This document shows, one piece after another, positions 26,239 to 34,521 of a stretch of 39,507 bases of DNA (position 1 is the first letter of the stretch; every line of letters begins with the position of its first letter). Origin of the DNA: a virus. Both the position numbers and the translations under genes were made by a program. The notes beneath the pieces were generated by a model that was not told the DNA's origin, did no database searches, and worked only from the letters and a program-made list of their open reading frames with translations. The stretch is from positions 1 through 39,507 of the IMG/VR virus record IMGVR_UViG_3300010167_000036. One strand, given 5' to 3'.

Positions 26239-27086
26239 CCGCACTTCTAACCAAATCCGTGTTGGACACAATCCGCCAGCGTCGCTCCGCTGGTGAAACG
26301 CTCTCCCGTCTGGCTGGAGAGATCGGTATTCCGTGGCAGCGGCTTTGGTCGCTGCTGTACTCGGCACCGCACGCTGCGGATGACTCCGTTGACACATCGC
26401 CCGTGTTGCGTAAAGTCACCGTGGACGGGCCTCTTGTCGAACGATACCGTCCTATCACCCTCGATGCGATCTTCGGTCAGGCGAAAGTGGTGAAAGTCCT
26501 ACGCAAGTTCGCCTCCCAGCCATACTCCACCGCCTTCGTGTTCGAAGGCGAGACGGGCACGGGCAAAACTTCCGCCGCCCTGGCTCTCGCCGCGGCGCTG
26601 GGGTGCGACCTCGATCAGAAAGAGTTCGGCGGCGTCCAGACCATCGCCAGCGGCGAACAATCCGCCGACGCCGTGCGCGAGGCGTACCAGCACATGCACG
26701 TCGCCCCGTGGAGCGGGTCTGGCTGGAAGGTGGTGATCGTTAACGAGGCGGATCGGCTGGCCCGCACTGCCGAAGTCATCTGGCTGGACGTGCTGGAGTC
26801 GCTCCCGGCTAAGACGGTGATCGTGTTCACCACCAACGAAGCGGCTCGCCTCAGCCAACGCTTCCTCGACCGTTGTACCCGCCTGACCTTCGAGTCTGAC
26901 GCCGTAAAACTGCGGGCGTCGGCCAATCAGTTCGCAACGGCGGTGTGGACGGAGGAGACGGGGAAGAAGCCACATGCGACGAAAATTCAGAAGATCGTCG
27001 AGTCCACACAGGCCGATGGTCGAATTTCGTTCCGCCGCCTGGTGCAGACGCTGGCCGTAGAAATTAACACAGAAAACGATTTTTGA
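26235..27086 (+). CDS. AAA+ clamp-loader-like ATPase with N-terminal HTH-like segment
   Basis: RYRPITLDAIFGQAKVVKVLRKF, FEGETGTGKTSAALALAAAL (Walker A), VVIVNEADRL (Walker B-like), TTNEAARLSQRFLDRC (sensor/SRC-like). Confidence 0.8.
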   Translation: MTALLTKSVLDTIRQRRSAGETLSRLAGEIGIPWQRLWSLLYSAPHAADDSVDTSPVLRKVTVDGPLVERYRPITLDAIFGQAKVVKVLRKFASQPYSTAFVFEGETGTGKTSAALALAAALGCDLDQKEFGGVQTIASGEQSADAVREAYQHMHVAPWSGSGWKVVIVNEADRLARTAEVIWLDVLESLPAKTVIVFTTNEAARLSQRFLDRCTRLTFESDAVKLRASANQFATAVWTEETGKKPHATKIQKIVESTQADGRISFRRLVQTLAVEINTENDF

Positions 27087-27099
27087 TTACAATGGCGGC

Positions 27100-27606
27100 A
27101 TGAACACGAACGACTCCGCCATTGACAGCGTTCTACTTTGGATGGTTAGCGGACTTTCCGGTGCAAAATTGGAAGCTGCCTGTATTACGAAGCTGGGGAT
27201 TGATCCTCCACAAGTCTCAGCCGTAATTGCAGAGGCCCGTAAGCGGTTATTGCTGGCAGCCGACTACAACCGCGATGAGTTACTCGGCACGGCGCTGACG
27301 CGACTGAATGACCTGTATAACCGCTGCATTCGGGCCGAAAGCGGCACGGGCGGAAATGGCGCTGGTCCAAATCTCGCCAAAGCCCTCGACGTGCAACGGG
27401 AGATTAACCGACTGACCGGGTTATATCAGCCTCTTGGGATTTCAACGCAAGAACCAGATGACGGCGATTCCTTCGATGATTTTGAGGCCGTTCGTGAGCA
27501 TCTTCTCCCTCTTAAATTGGCGGGGAAAGAGTACCCAATTCAGGAACACGCGCGGCTGGCCGTTATGCGAATTGAAGAATTGGAGGCGAAACTCAAACTG
27601 AAATAA
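27100..27606 (+). CDS. hypothetical protein, possible terminase small subunit
   Basis: DNA-binding-like helical N-terminus, coiled-coil, position upstream of the packaging genes; function from synteny only. Confidence 0.4.
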   Translation: MNTNDSAIDSVLLWMVSGLSGAKLEAACITKLGIDPPQVSAVIAEARKRLLLAADYNRDELLGTALTRLNDLYNRCIRAESGTGGNGAGPNLAKALDVQREINRLTGLYQPLGISTQEPDDGDSFDDFEAVREHLLPLKLAGKEYPIQEHARLAVMRIEELEAKLKLK

Positions 27607-27615
27607 GGAGAAAGC

Positions 27616-28056
27616 ATGACAATCTATACACTCGGTTATTGTGGATGGAAACATGATGAGATCGAAAATATACTAGCCGCTCGTGATGCTGTTCTGGTCG
27701 ATGTCCGCATGACGCCGCGAAGCCGTGCTCCCATGTGGAACGTCGGCGTGCTGCAACGGCGTTTCGGTGATCGTTATGTCTGTGTGTCCGAGTTCGGGAA
27801 TCGAAACTACAAGGGGACGTTCGAGCAAATCGAGATTGTTGATTTCAATGGTGGGGAAAACCGCCTGCGAGAACTGGCGGGCACGGGAAAATCTGTGGTT
27901 CTGATGTGCGGATGTACCGACGTGAACGTGTGTCACCGGAAAATTTTGGCCGAAATGTTATCGGAATTATGGGGAACCGACGTAATACACTTGACACATG
28001 ATGAGTTAGACACTAAGAAGAAAGCATCTACTCAAACGTTGTTTTCGTTGCTGTAA
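27616..28056 (+). CDS. DUF488 family protein
   Basis: IYTLGYCGWKHDEIENIL...LVDVRMTPRSRAPMWN...VVLMCGCTDVNVCHRKILAEML. Confidence 0.85.
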   Translation: MTIYTLGYCGWKHDEIENILAARDAVLVDVRMTPRSRAPMWNVGVLQRRFGDRYVCVSEFGNRNYKGTFEQIEIVDFNGGENRLRELAGTGKSVVLMCGCTDVNVCHRKILAEMLSELWGTDVIHLTHDELDTKKKASTQTLFSLL

Positions 28057-28183
28057 CCGTCTACCGTTGATCGTTCGTTTGCGTCGCAGGTGTATTGGCA
28101 CGCTTCGCTCTCCTGCAAGAAGACGTGGATCATCTCCACGGCGACGCCGTGCTCTCCGCTCCTTACTCGCTGAAAGACATTCC

Positions 28184-29470
28184 ATGTTCATTGGAAGCAT
28201 CAATCGCTACATGCGCTCCGTTCTGGAGACGGCAGCCACGCAATGGAAGGGAATTCCCGTCTACGTCGCGTGCAGCGGTAATTTTACCGTTGAGCGCATC
28301 CTCGCTCAATGTAGCGTCGGTGCCATTCACAGCAATGACGTGTCGATCTACTCCTGCGCGCTGGGCTGGCACCTGGCCAATACCCCGTATCCGTTCGTAA
28401 TCAAGGCGCAGGAGTACGATTGGATCGTTCCCTACATCACACCTGGCCCGGACCTGATCGCCTCGCTGTTGCTCGCGGGTGAGATGCTCAAGATCGGCGG
28501 CGACAACGCCTACGCCCGGCGGATACGCGACTCCTACCGCCGCTGCTGGCCGGAACTGCATGCGAGGACGGTCCAACGGATCAAAAAAGCGACCAGTAAC
28601 CTGGCAATCGCCCGCTATTTCGCGGGCGACTGCCGGGAATTTCTCGCCTGCGCAGACAAAAACGCGGTCTGCGTCAGCTTCCCGCCGACGTACGCGGGCG
28701 GTTACGAGCGACTGTTCAAGAAGCTCGACGCGATATTTGAATGGCCAACCCCGAGCTACGATATTTTCAGCCCGGAAGATTTTGAGCAATTCACCGCCAC
28801 CGTGCGGAGTTTCCGTCACTGGATGATCTCCAGCGACGCCCCGCACCCGGCGCTGGACCATCAGCACGTCGCGACGGTCCAGACCTCCATGCTGTCCAAG
28901 CCGGTCTACATGTACAGCGACTCCGCGCCGACGCGATTAGCCACCGCCCGCCAGAACATCGGACGCAATCCGTGGCCCATCCGAACCGACGAAGTGTCGG
29001 AGCCGGTCCAGATCGTGCCCATCGACGCCAAAACCATGAACGCTATCCGGTCGCTGTTTCTGGCGAAGAAAATCACCGTCTGCGACGCCCCGCGCAACTA
29101 CGCCGTGCTGTCGGACGGTAAGCTAATCGGTTGTTTTTCGTTTGCTCTGCCGCGCGGTCCGTTGCCGTGCGACCTGTACCTGCTGTCGGACTTCGCGGTC
29201 CGACCGTCCCCGCACAAACGGCTGTCAAAACTGATCCTCGCGTGCGTCGTCAGTCTGGAAGTCAAGGCCGACGTGGAGCAATGGCTGTGCAGCCGCGTCA
29301 AAACTATCGGAACCACGGCGTTTACGGACAAACCCGTGTCGATGAAGTATCGCGGCATGTTCGAGGTTCACAGCCGGTCCGAAGGCAAAGTCAACTACCT
29401 CGGCGCCGCCGGCCAGTGGTCAATCAAGGAAGGGTTTCAGCAATGGAAACAAAAGCACTCGACCCGATAA
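28184..29470 (+). CDS. putative antirestriction adenine methyltransferase-like protein with C-terminal acyltransferase-like region
   Basis: VYVACSGNFTVERILAQ...IHSNDVSIYSCALGWHLA, AVCVSFPPTYAGGYERLFKKLDAIFEW (PPTY-type motif); C-terminal YLLSDFAVRPSPHKRLSKLIL. Confidence 0.6.
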   Translation: MFIGSINRYMRSVLETAATQWKGIPVYVACSGNFTVERILAQCSVGAIHSNDVSIYSCALGWHLANTPYPFVIKAQEYDWIVPYITPGPDLIASLLLAGEMLKIGGDNAYARRIRDSYRRCWPELHARTVQRIKKATSNLAIARYFAGDCREFLACADKNAVCVSFPPTYAGGYERLFKKLDAIFEWPTPSYDIFSPEDFEQFTATVRSFRHWMISSDAPHPALDHQHVATVQTSMLSKPVYMYSDSAPTRLATARQNIGRNPWPIRTDEVSEPVQIVPIDAKTMNAIRSLFLAKKITVCDAPRNYAVLSDGKLIGCFSFALPRGPLPCDLYLLSDFAVRPSPHKRLSKLILACVVSLEVKADVEQWLCSRVKTIGTTAFTDKPVSMKYRGMFEVHSRSEGKVNYLGAAGQWSIKEGFQQWKQKHSTR

Positions 29471-30189
29471 ACGAAAAGCTCTCGACATCCGGCCTGCACA
29501 TCGCAATGGTTCCGGTAAGCCAGTGCGATCTGCTGGAGAAAAACGCACGGTTCATGCGGGTTGAACAGCACCGCCAACTGGTAGCCAACATCAAACGCGA
29601 CGGCGGGTTGACCAGCGTTCCGTTTGCCCTCCGCACCGGAGACCGTTATTTGATCCTGTCGGGCAACCACCGCGTCATGGCGGCACAAGACGCCGGGCTG
29701 ACGGAAATTCTCCTGCTCTACACCGAGCGGAAGCTGTCCCGCGCCGAACAGGTGGCCATCCAGTTATCGCACAACGCTATCGTCGGTCAAGACGACATGA
29801 ACATCCTTCGCGACCTGTACGACGAGATCACCGATGTTGTGCTGCGCGAGTATTCCGGATTGGATGATGTCATTCTGGGTCGCATGGACCCGCCGAGTCT
29901 GGACCCGCTCAGCGAAGAAGGGCTGGAGTATCGCGTTGTGTCCATCGCGTTTTTGCCCGAAGAAGTGGAACGGGCGGAAAAACTGTTCGACACCATTCTG
30001 ACAGAAACGACCGGCGATGTGACATGGATCAGCCGCCGAAGCGATTACGACCGCTTGTTAGACGCGCTGGCTGCGTCAAAATCTGCCGCCGGCGTCAAGA
30101 ACACGGCAACAGCATTTGGTTTGATTCTGGACCTTGCCGAAGCGCACATCGACGAACTTCGCCAAAAAGAACCCACGAAGTCAACGTAG
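29443..30189 (+). CDS. ParB-like nuclease domain protein
   Basis: VSQCDLLEKNARFM...QHRQLVANIKRDGGLTSVPFALRTGDRYLILSGNHRVMAAQDAGLTEI. Confidence 0.85.
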   Translation: METKALDPINEKLSTSGLHIAMVPVSQCDLLEKNARFMRVEQHRQLVANIKRDGGLTSVPFALRTGDRYLILSGNHRVMAAQDAGLTEILLLYTERKLSRAEQVAIQLSHNAIVGQDDMNILRDLYDEITDVVLREYSGLDDVILGRMDPPSLDPLSEEGLEYRVVSIAFLPEEVERAEKLFDTILTETTGDVTWISRRSDYDRLLDALAASKSAAGVKNTATAFGLILDLAEAHIDELRQKEPTKST

Positions 30190-30199
30190 CACGGATGCT

Positions 30200-32272
30200 A
30201 TGGCCAAAAAACCGACCACACCAAAAGGCAAAGATTACCAGAAGGTCAAGGAACGATCCAAGGCGCGATCGGCAAAGATCACCTTGTCCGGGCAGGACAT
30301 CGCGCCAATCCCCAAGTGCGTCAACCCGGATCGCCGCGCGAGGGCGGCGAATGACCTCCGCTATTTTTGCGACACCTATTTTCCGCACCTGTTCTACCTC
30401 GGGTGGGGTGAGGATCACGTACGGATCATTTCGAAAATCGAGCGTGTTGTACGCAACCGAGAGACAATCGCCTTCGCCATGCCGCGAGGCAGCGGAAAGA
30501 CAACGCTGTGCCTGGTGGCGGTTCAGTGGGCGATTCTGTATGCGTATCACCACTTCGTGCAGTTCATTTGCGCCGACATGGACAGTGCCCAGATCGCACT
30601 CGCCAACGTCAAGGCCCACCTGAGTGGTAATGATTTGCTGCTGGAGGACTTCCCGGAGGCCATCTACCCGATCCGCATGTTGGACGGCGAGAGCCGTCGC
30701 TGTACGGGCCAGCGGTACATGGGCGTTCGAACGTGCATCGGCTGGAACAACGACGAGATCATCATGCCGACCATTCCCGGAAGTCCATGCTCCGGCTCGA
30801 TCATCCGGGTTACGGGAATCACGGGGAGCATTCGCGGCGCGTTGCACACGCGAAAAGACGGCACACAGGTCAGACCGACGCTCGCATTGTGCGATGACCC
30901 GCAGACCGACCAGTCGGCAAAGTCGCCGTTACAGACTGCCGAGCGGCTGGCGATCATCAATGGCGCCATCAAGGGTTTGGCTGGGCCGGGCGAGAGAACG
31001 GCAATCCTTGTGCCGTGTACAGTGATCCAGTCCGGCGACCTGGCCGATCAACTGTTGAACCGAAGCCGAAATCCCATGTGGCAGGGAGAGCGGATGAAGA
31101 TGCTGAACAGTCTTCCCGTCAACACGGCCAAATGGGACGAGTATTGGAAAATTCGAACGGATGAATTCGCCGCCGGCGGCGACGGTAGCATCTCCACGAA
31201 ATTCTACGCGGACAATCAGGACATCATGGACGCGGGCGCACACGCGCCTTGGCCACAGCGACATAACACCGACGAACTATCGGCCATCCAGCACGCCATG
31301 AACATCAAATACGACGATGAGGCGTCGTTCTTCGCCGAGTACCAGAACGAGCCGAAATCCGGCGTCAACAACCGCGATCTGATGCTGACGGTCCAGCACG
31401 TCATGGACAAGTCCAACGGGCGAAAAAAGAGCGAAATCCCCATTGCCTGCACGAAACTGACCATGTTCATCGACGTTCATGACAAGGTGCTGTTTTACAC
31501 CGTCTGCGGCTGGCAGGACGATTTTACGGGTTTCATCATCGAGTACGGCACGTTCCCGCCTCAGCCGGTCGCCCACTTTGCGGCGGAAGATGTACAGGTG
31601 ACACTGCAAAGCCTGTTTCCCGGCGCGAACGTCGAGGGCGCCTTGCAGTCCGGGCTGGAGAAACTCGTGACGCTGGCGTTGGGCACGGACTACAAACGCG
31701 GGGCGGGTCTGATGCGGATTGACCGGCTGCTGGTGGACATGGGATACAAGCCCGGCATCGTCGCCGCCGTCAAACACAAGGCCGGTGGAGCCGTAATGGC
31801 GTTGTGCAAAGGCGTCGGCCTGAAAGCGGGCAACAAGCCGATGAGCACTTGGACGAAAAAGCCCGGCGCGACATATGGAACACACTGGTACATTCCGAAC
31901 GTGTCGCGGACGAGCGAGTTTCCGCACATCGCTTCCGACGTGAACTACTGGAAAAGTTTTGTCCATGATTGTCTGGCGACCACCGCCGGTGACATTGGCA
32001 GTCTGACCATTTTCGGAAAGCCGAAAGACCACGAACTGTTCGCCCAGCATATCGCCGGAAGTGAAACGTGGGTGGAAACCGAAGGCTGGGGGCGTAAGGT
32101 TCGTGAGTGGACGCTGAGGCCCGGAAAGCCGGACAACCACTGGCTCGATTGCCTTGTTGGGTGTGCGGTCGGGGCGAGTCTGTGCGGTGTCCGCACGGCA
32201 AGCCAAGCCGTATCACCCGTGCGGCAGCGAAAACAATACTCCCAGTCTGACCTGTACAGGAGGTCGTATTGA
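30200..32272 (+). CDS. terL: phage terminase large subunit
   Basis: AFAMPRGSGKTTLCLVAVQWAIL (Walker A), PTLALCDDPQTDQSAKSPLQTAERLAIINGAIKGLAGPGERTAILVPCTVI, nuclease-like C-terminal region. Confidence 0.88.
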   Translation: MAKKPTTPKGKDYQKVKERSKARSAKITLSGQDIAPIPKCVNPDRRARAANDLRYFCDTYFPHLFYLGWGEDHVRIISKIERVVRNRETIAFAMPRGSGKTTLCLVAVQWAILYAYHHFVQFICADMDSAQIALANVKAHLSGNDLLLEDFPEAIYPIRMLDGESRRCTGQRYMGVRTCIGWNNDEIIMPTIPGSPCSGSIIRVTGITGSIRGALHTRKDGTQVRPTLALCDDPQTDQSAKSPLQTAERLAIINGAIKGLAGPGERTAILVPCTVIQSGDLADQLLNRSRNPMWQGERMKMLNSLPVNTAKWDEYWKIRTDEFAAGGDGSISTKFYADNQDIMDAGAHAPWPQRHNTDELSAIQHAMNIKYDDEASFFAEYQNEPKSGVNNRDLMLTVQHVMDKSNGRKKSEIPIACTKLTMFIDVHDKVLFYTVCGWQDDFTGFIIEYGTFPPQPVAHFAAEDVQVTLQSLFPGANVEGALQSGLEKLVTLALGTDYKRGAGLMRIDRLLVDMGYKPGIVAAVKHKAGGAVMALCKGVGLKAGNKPMSTWTKKPGATYGTHWYIPNVSRTSEFPHIASDVNYWKSFVHDCLATTAGDIGSLTIFGKPKDHELFAQHIAGSETWVETEGWGRKVREWTLRPGKPDNHWLDCLVGCAVGASLCGVRTASQAVSPVRQRKQYSQSDLYRRSY

Positions 32273-32463
32273 TGGAATTTGAATCGAACCATACGACGAA
32301 CAGCGAACAGGCCCAGGGCACGCAAGGCATCGAATGCCGTACGTGCGGCTGCCGACATCTTCCCGTGGACTGCACAAGGCAGCGGGGAAACTCGGTGATT
32401 CGCTACCGTGTCTGCCGTCACTGTGGAACCAGAACGACGACGCGCGAAACGGTTGTCAAATGA
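32269..32463 (+). CDS. small zinc-ribbon protein
   Basis: CRTCGCRHLPVDCTRQRGNSVIRYRVCRHCGTRTTTRE. Confidence 0.6.
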   Translation: MMEFESNHTTNSEQAQGTQGIECRTCGCRHLPVDCTRQRGNSVIRYRVCRHCGTRTTTRETVVK

Positions 32464-32623
32464 TGTTTTTGAAGAAAAGTACCATATATGGAACCGTGAG
32501 CCAAAAAATGGTGAAAAAACTGTCGAATCCGCATTGACCTGATTGATTTGCACCCGTAGAACGCACATAGACAACTTGACCCGCAACGTGCCGGCGTAAT
32601 TAACCGGGGCGAAGCAATAGACC

Positions 32624-32670
32624 AACAGCCGTGTAGGGCTACACCCTTGCACGGCTGTTTTCTTTTTGCG
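32624..32670 (+). terminator. Rho-independent terminator
   Basis: Perfect 10-bp stem AACAGCCGTG (32624-32633) / CACGGCTGTT (32650-32659) followed by TTTTCTTTTT-like tract. Confidence 0.75.
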
Positions 32671-32689
32671 CCGCGGCGGGTTGTCACAC

Positions 32690-32761
32690 AGCGGGATAGA
32701 GCAGTGGTAGCTCGGGTGGCTCATAACCACCAGGTCGTGGGTTCGAGTCCCACTCCCGCGA
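32690..32761 (+). tRNA. tRNA-Met(CAT), elongator-like
   Basis: Acceptor AGCGGGA/TCCCGCG (A-G mismatch at the terminal pair), D-stem GAGC/GCTC, anticodon stem GGTGG/CCACC with loop CTCATAA, T-arm GTGGG-TTCGAGT-CCCAC. Confidence 0.88.
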
Positions 32762-32763
32762 GT

Positions 32764-32967
32764 ATGAGTCTGGATGAGGAAATCCAACAGGCGATGCTCG
32801 CCAACATCAAAGGGCCACGCAAAGTCACGGCGGACGGCGTGAGCGTCGAGCAGCACTCGCCGCGCGACTTGATGGAACTCGACAGATACCTGACGGACAA
32901 GGAAATCGCGAAGAACCCCGTGCAGGCGTTGAAGATCGTTCGGATAGTCCCTCCCGGACCTGGCTAG
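32764..32967 (+). CDS. gpW-like head-tail joining protein (synteny-based)
   Basis: Small ORF (MSLDEEIQQAMLANIKGPRKVTADGVSVEQHSPRDLMELDRYL...) between TerL and portal, matching lambda A-W-B order. Confidence 0.5.
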   Translation: MSLDEEIQQAMLANIKGPRKVTADGVSVEQHSPRDLMELDRYLTDKEIAKNPVQALKIVRIVPPGPG

Positions 32968-32976
32968 TCGAAACAC

Positions 32977-34521
32977 ATGGCGAAGAAAACGACATCACGA
33001 ACGACGACGCGAAAGCAGACGAGAACTGTACAGGCAGTTTCCGCGTCGCGTCCTCGTTCTGTGTCATCAAAACGCGATACGAAAAAGCCGGATCGTTCGA
33101 CCCATGTTGTCCAAGTCCATACCGTTCGCGCCAAGTACGACGCCGCGAAAACGACGCTCGAAAATCGACGCCATTGGGCCGACGCGGACGGTCTATCGGC
33201 CTACTCCGCCGCCAATCCGGCGGATCGTCGGACACTTCGAAACCGCGCCCGCTACGAATTCGCGAACAATCCGTACGGCCTAGGCCTGCTGCTGACGATT
33301 GCCAATTACGTGATCGGAACCGGTCCACGGCTCCAGATGTTGCTGGGCAATGGTGAAAACGGTGCTGAAAATGGACTAAACGGGTTTATCGAGCGCCAAT
33401 TCGCGTCATGGTCGAAGGCGGTTGGACTACCTCGAAAACTTCGCACGGCAGAAATGACCAAGGTTCGCGACGGGGAAGTATTCGTGCTCCTGTTCACGAA
33501 TCCAAACATTCCGCACCCGATCAAACTGGACGTTCGGCTCATCGAGGGCGACCAGATTACGTCCGCGTCGCAGACGGACAAGAATGAAGCCAGCGCGGAC
33601 GGGATCGTGTTCGACGAGTACGGAAATCCGCGCGAATACCTGATGCTTAGGTTCCATCCGGGAGGCGACATGGACGCCTCTACGCTCGATCAGGAAACGG
33701 TTCGTGTCCCCGCCGCCAGCATGATCCATTGGTTTCGTGCCGACAGGCCCGGCCAATATCGTGGCGTGCCGGAGTTTACGGCGTCGCTGTCTCTGTTCGC
33801 GATGCTTCGCCGACTCACGCAGTCCGTGATTACGGCGGCGGAATCCGCCGCGAACGTCGCTATTTTTATGAAGACCGCGTTGCCGCCGGGCGGGGAAGCT
33901 GCTGCGGTTCCGATGAACTCCACGATGGATTTCGATCGGAATATGGCCGTATTCGGACCCGAGGGATGGGAACCGAGCCAGATCAAGGCCGAGCAGCCGG
34001 CGACGACGTACGCCATGGGGAAACGCGAATTCCTCAGTGAGATCGGGCGCCCGTGGTCCGCGCCGTACATGGTCATTGCGTGTGACGCATCCGGGCACAA
34101 TTTCAGTTCCGCGCGGATGGATAACCAAGTGTTTCAGAAGACGATCCGCGTCGAGCAATCTGACTTCGAATCGACGGTGATTGACCGAATTTTCGCCGCA
34201 TGGATGATCGAGGCCATCAAGGTCTACGAAGAACTCGCCGGTCGTGATGCCGACTTGGAATCGTGGCCCCATCAGTGGTTTTGGGACGGTTTCGAGCACG
34301 TTGACCCGTCAAAAGAAGCCAACGCGCAAGAGACTCGTTTGAAAAACAACACGACAACGCTCGAACGAGAATACGCAAAAGAAGGAAAGGACTGGGAAGT
34401 CGAAGTGAAACAGCGTGGTCGTGAAATTTCCCTGCTGAGAAAAGAGGGAATCACGTCTGAACAGGCCGCGCCAAAGCCATCGACACCACCAAAGGACGAA
34501 AGCGATGACCACGAAGAATAG
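32977..34521 (+). CDS. lambda gpB-type phage portal protein
   Basis: RRTLRNRARYEFANNPYGLGLLLTIANYVIGTGPRLQM...VPAASMIHWFRADRPGQYRGVPEFTASLSLFAMLRRLTQ. Confidence 0.9.
   Translation: MAKKTTSRTTTRKQTRTVQAVSASRPRSVSSKRDTKKPDRSTHVVQVHTVRAKYDAAKTTLENRRHWADADGLSAYSAANPADRRTLRNRARYEFANNPYGLGLLLTIANYVIGTGPRLQMLLGNGENGAENGLNGFIERQFASWSKAVGLPRKLRTAEMTKVRDGEVFVLLFTNPNIPHPIKLDVRLIEGDQITSASQTDKNEASADGIVFDEYGNPREYLMLRFHPGGDMDASTLDQETVRVPAASMIHWFRADRPGQYRGVPEFTASLSLFAMLRRLTQSVITAAESAANVAIFMKTALPPGGEAAAVPMNSTMDFDRNMAVFGPEGWEPSQIKAEQPATTYAMGKREFLSEIGRPWSAPYMVIACDASGHNFSSARMDNQVFQKTIRVEQSDFESTVIDRIFAAWMIEAIKVYEELAGRDADLESWPHQWFWDGFEHVDPSKEANAQETRLKNNTTTLEREYAKEGKDWEVEVKQRGREISLLRKEGITSEQAAPKPSTPPKDESDDHEE

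Noticed and set aside
26235-27086. AAA+ protein as a defence-system ATPase (e.g. STAND or Avs-like)
   Set aside because: Motifs match clamp-loader/RFC-type replication ATPases, the protein is short and no sensor or effector domain is present.
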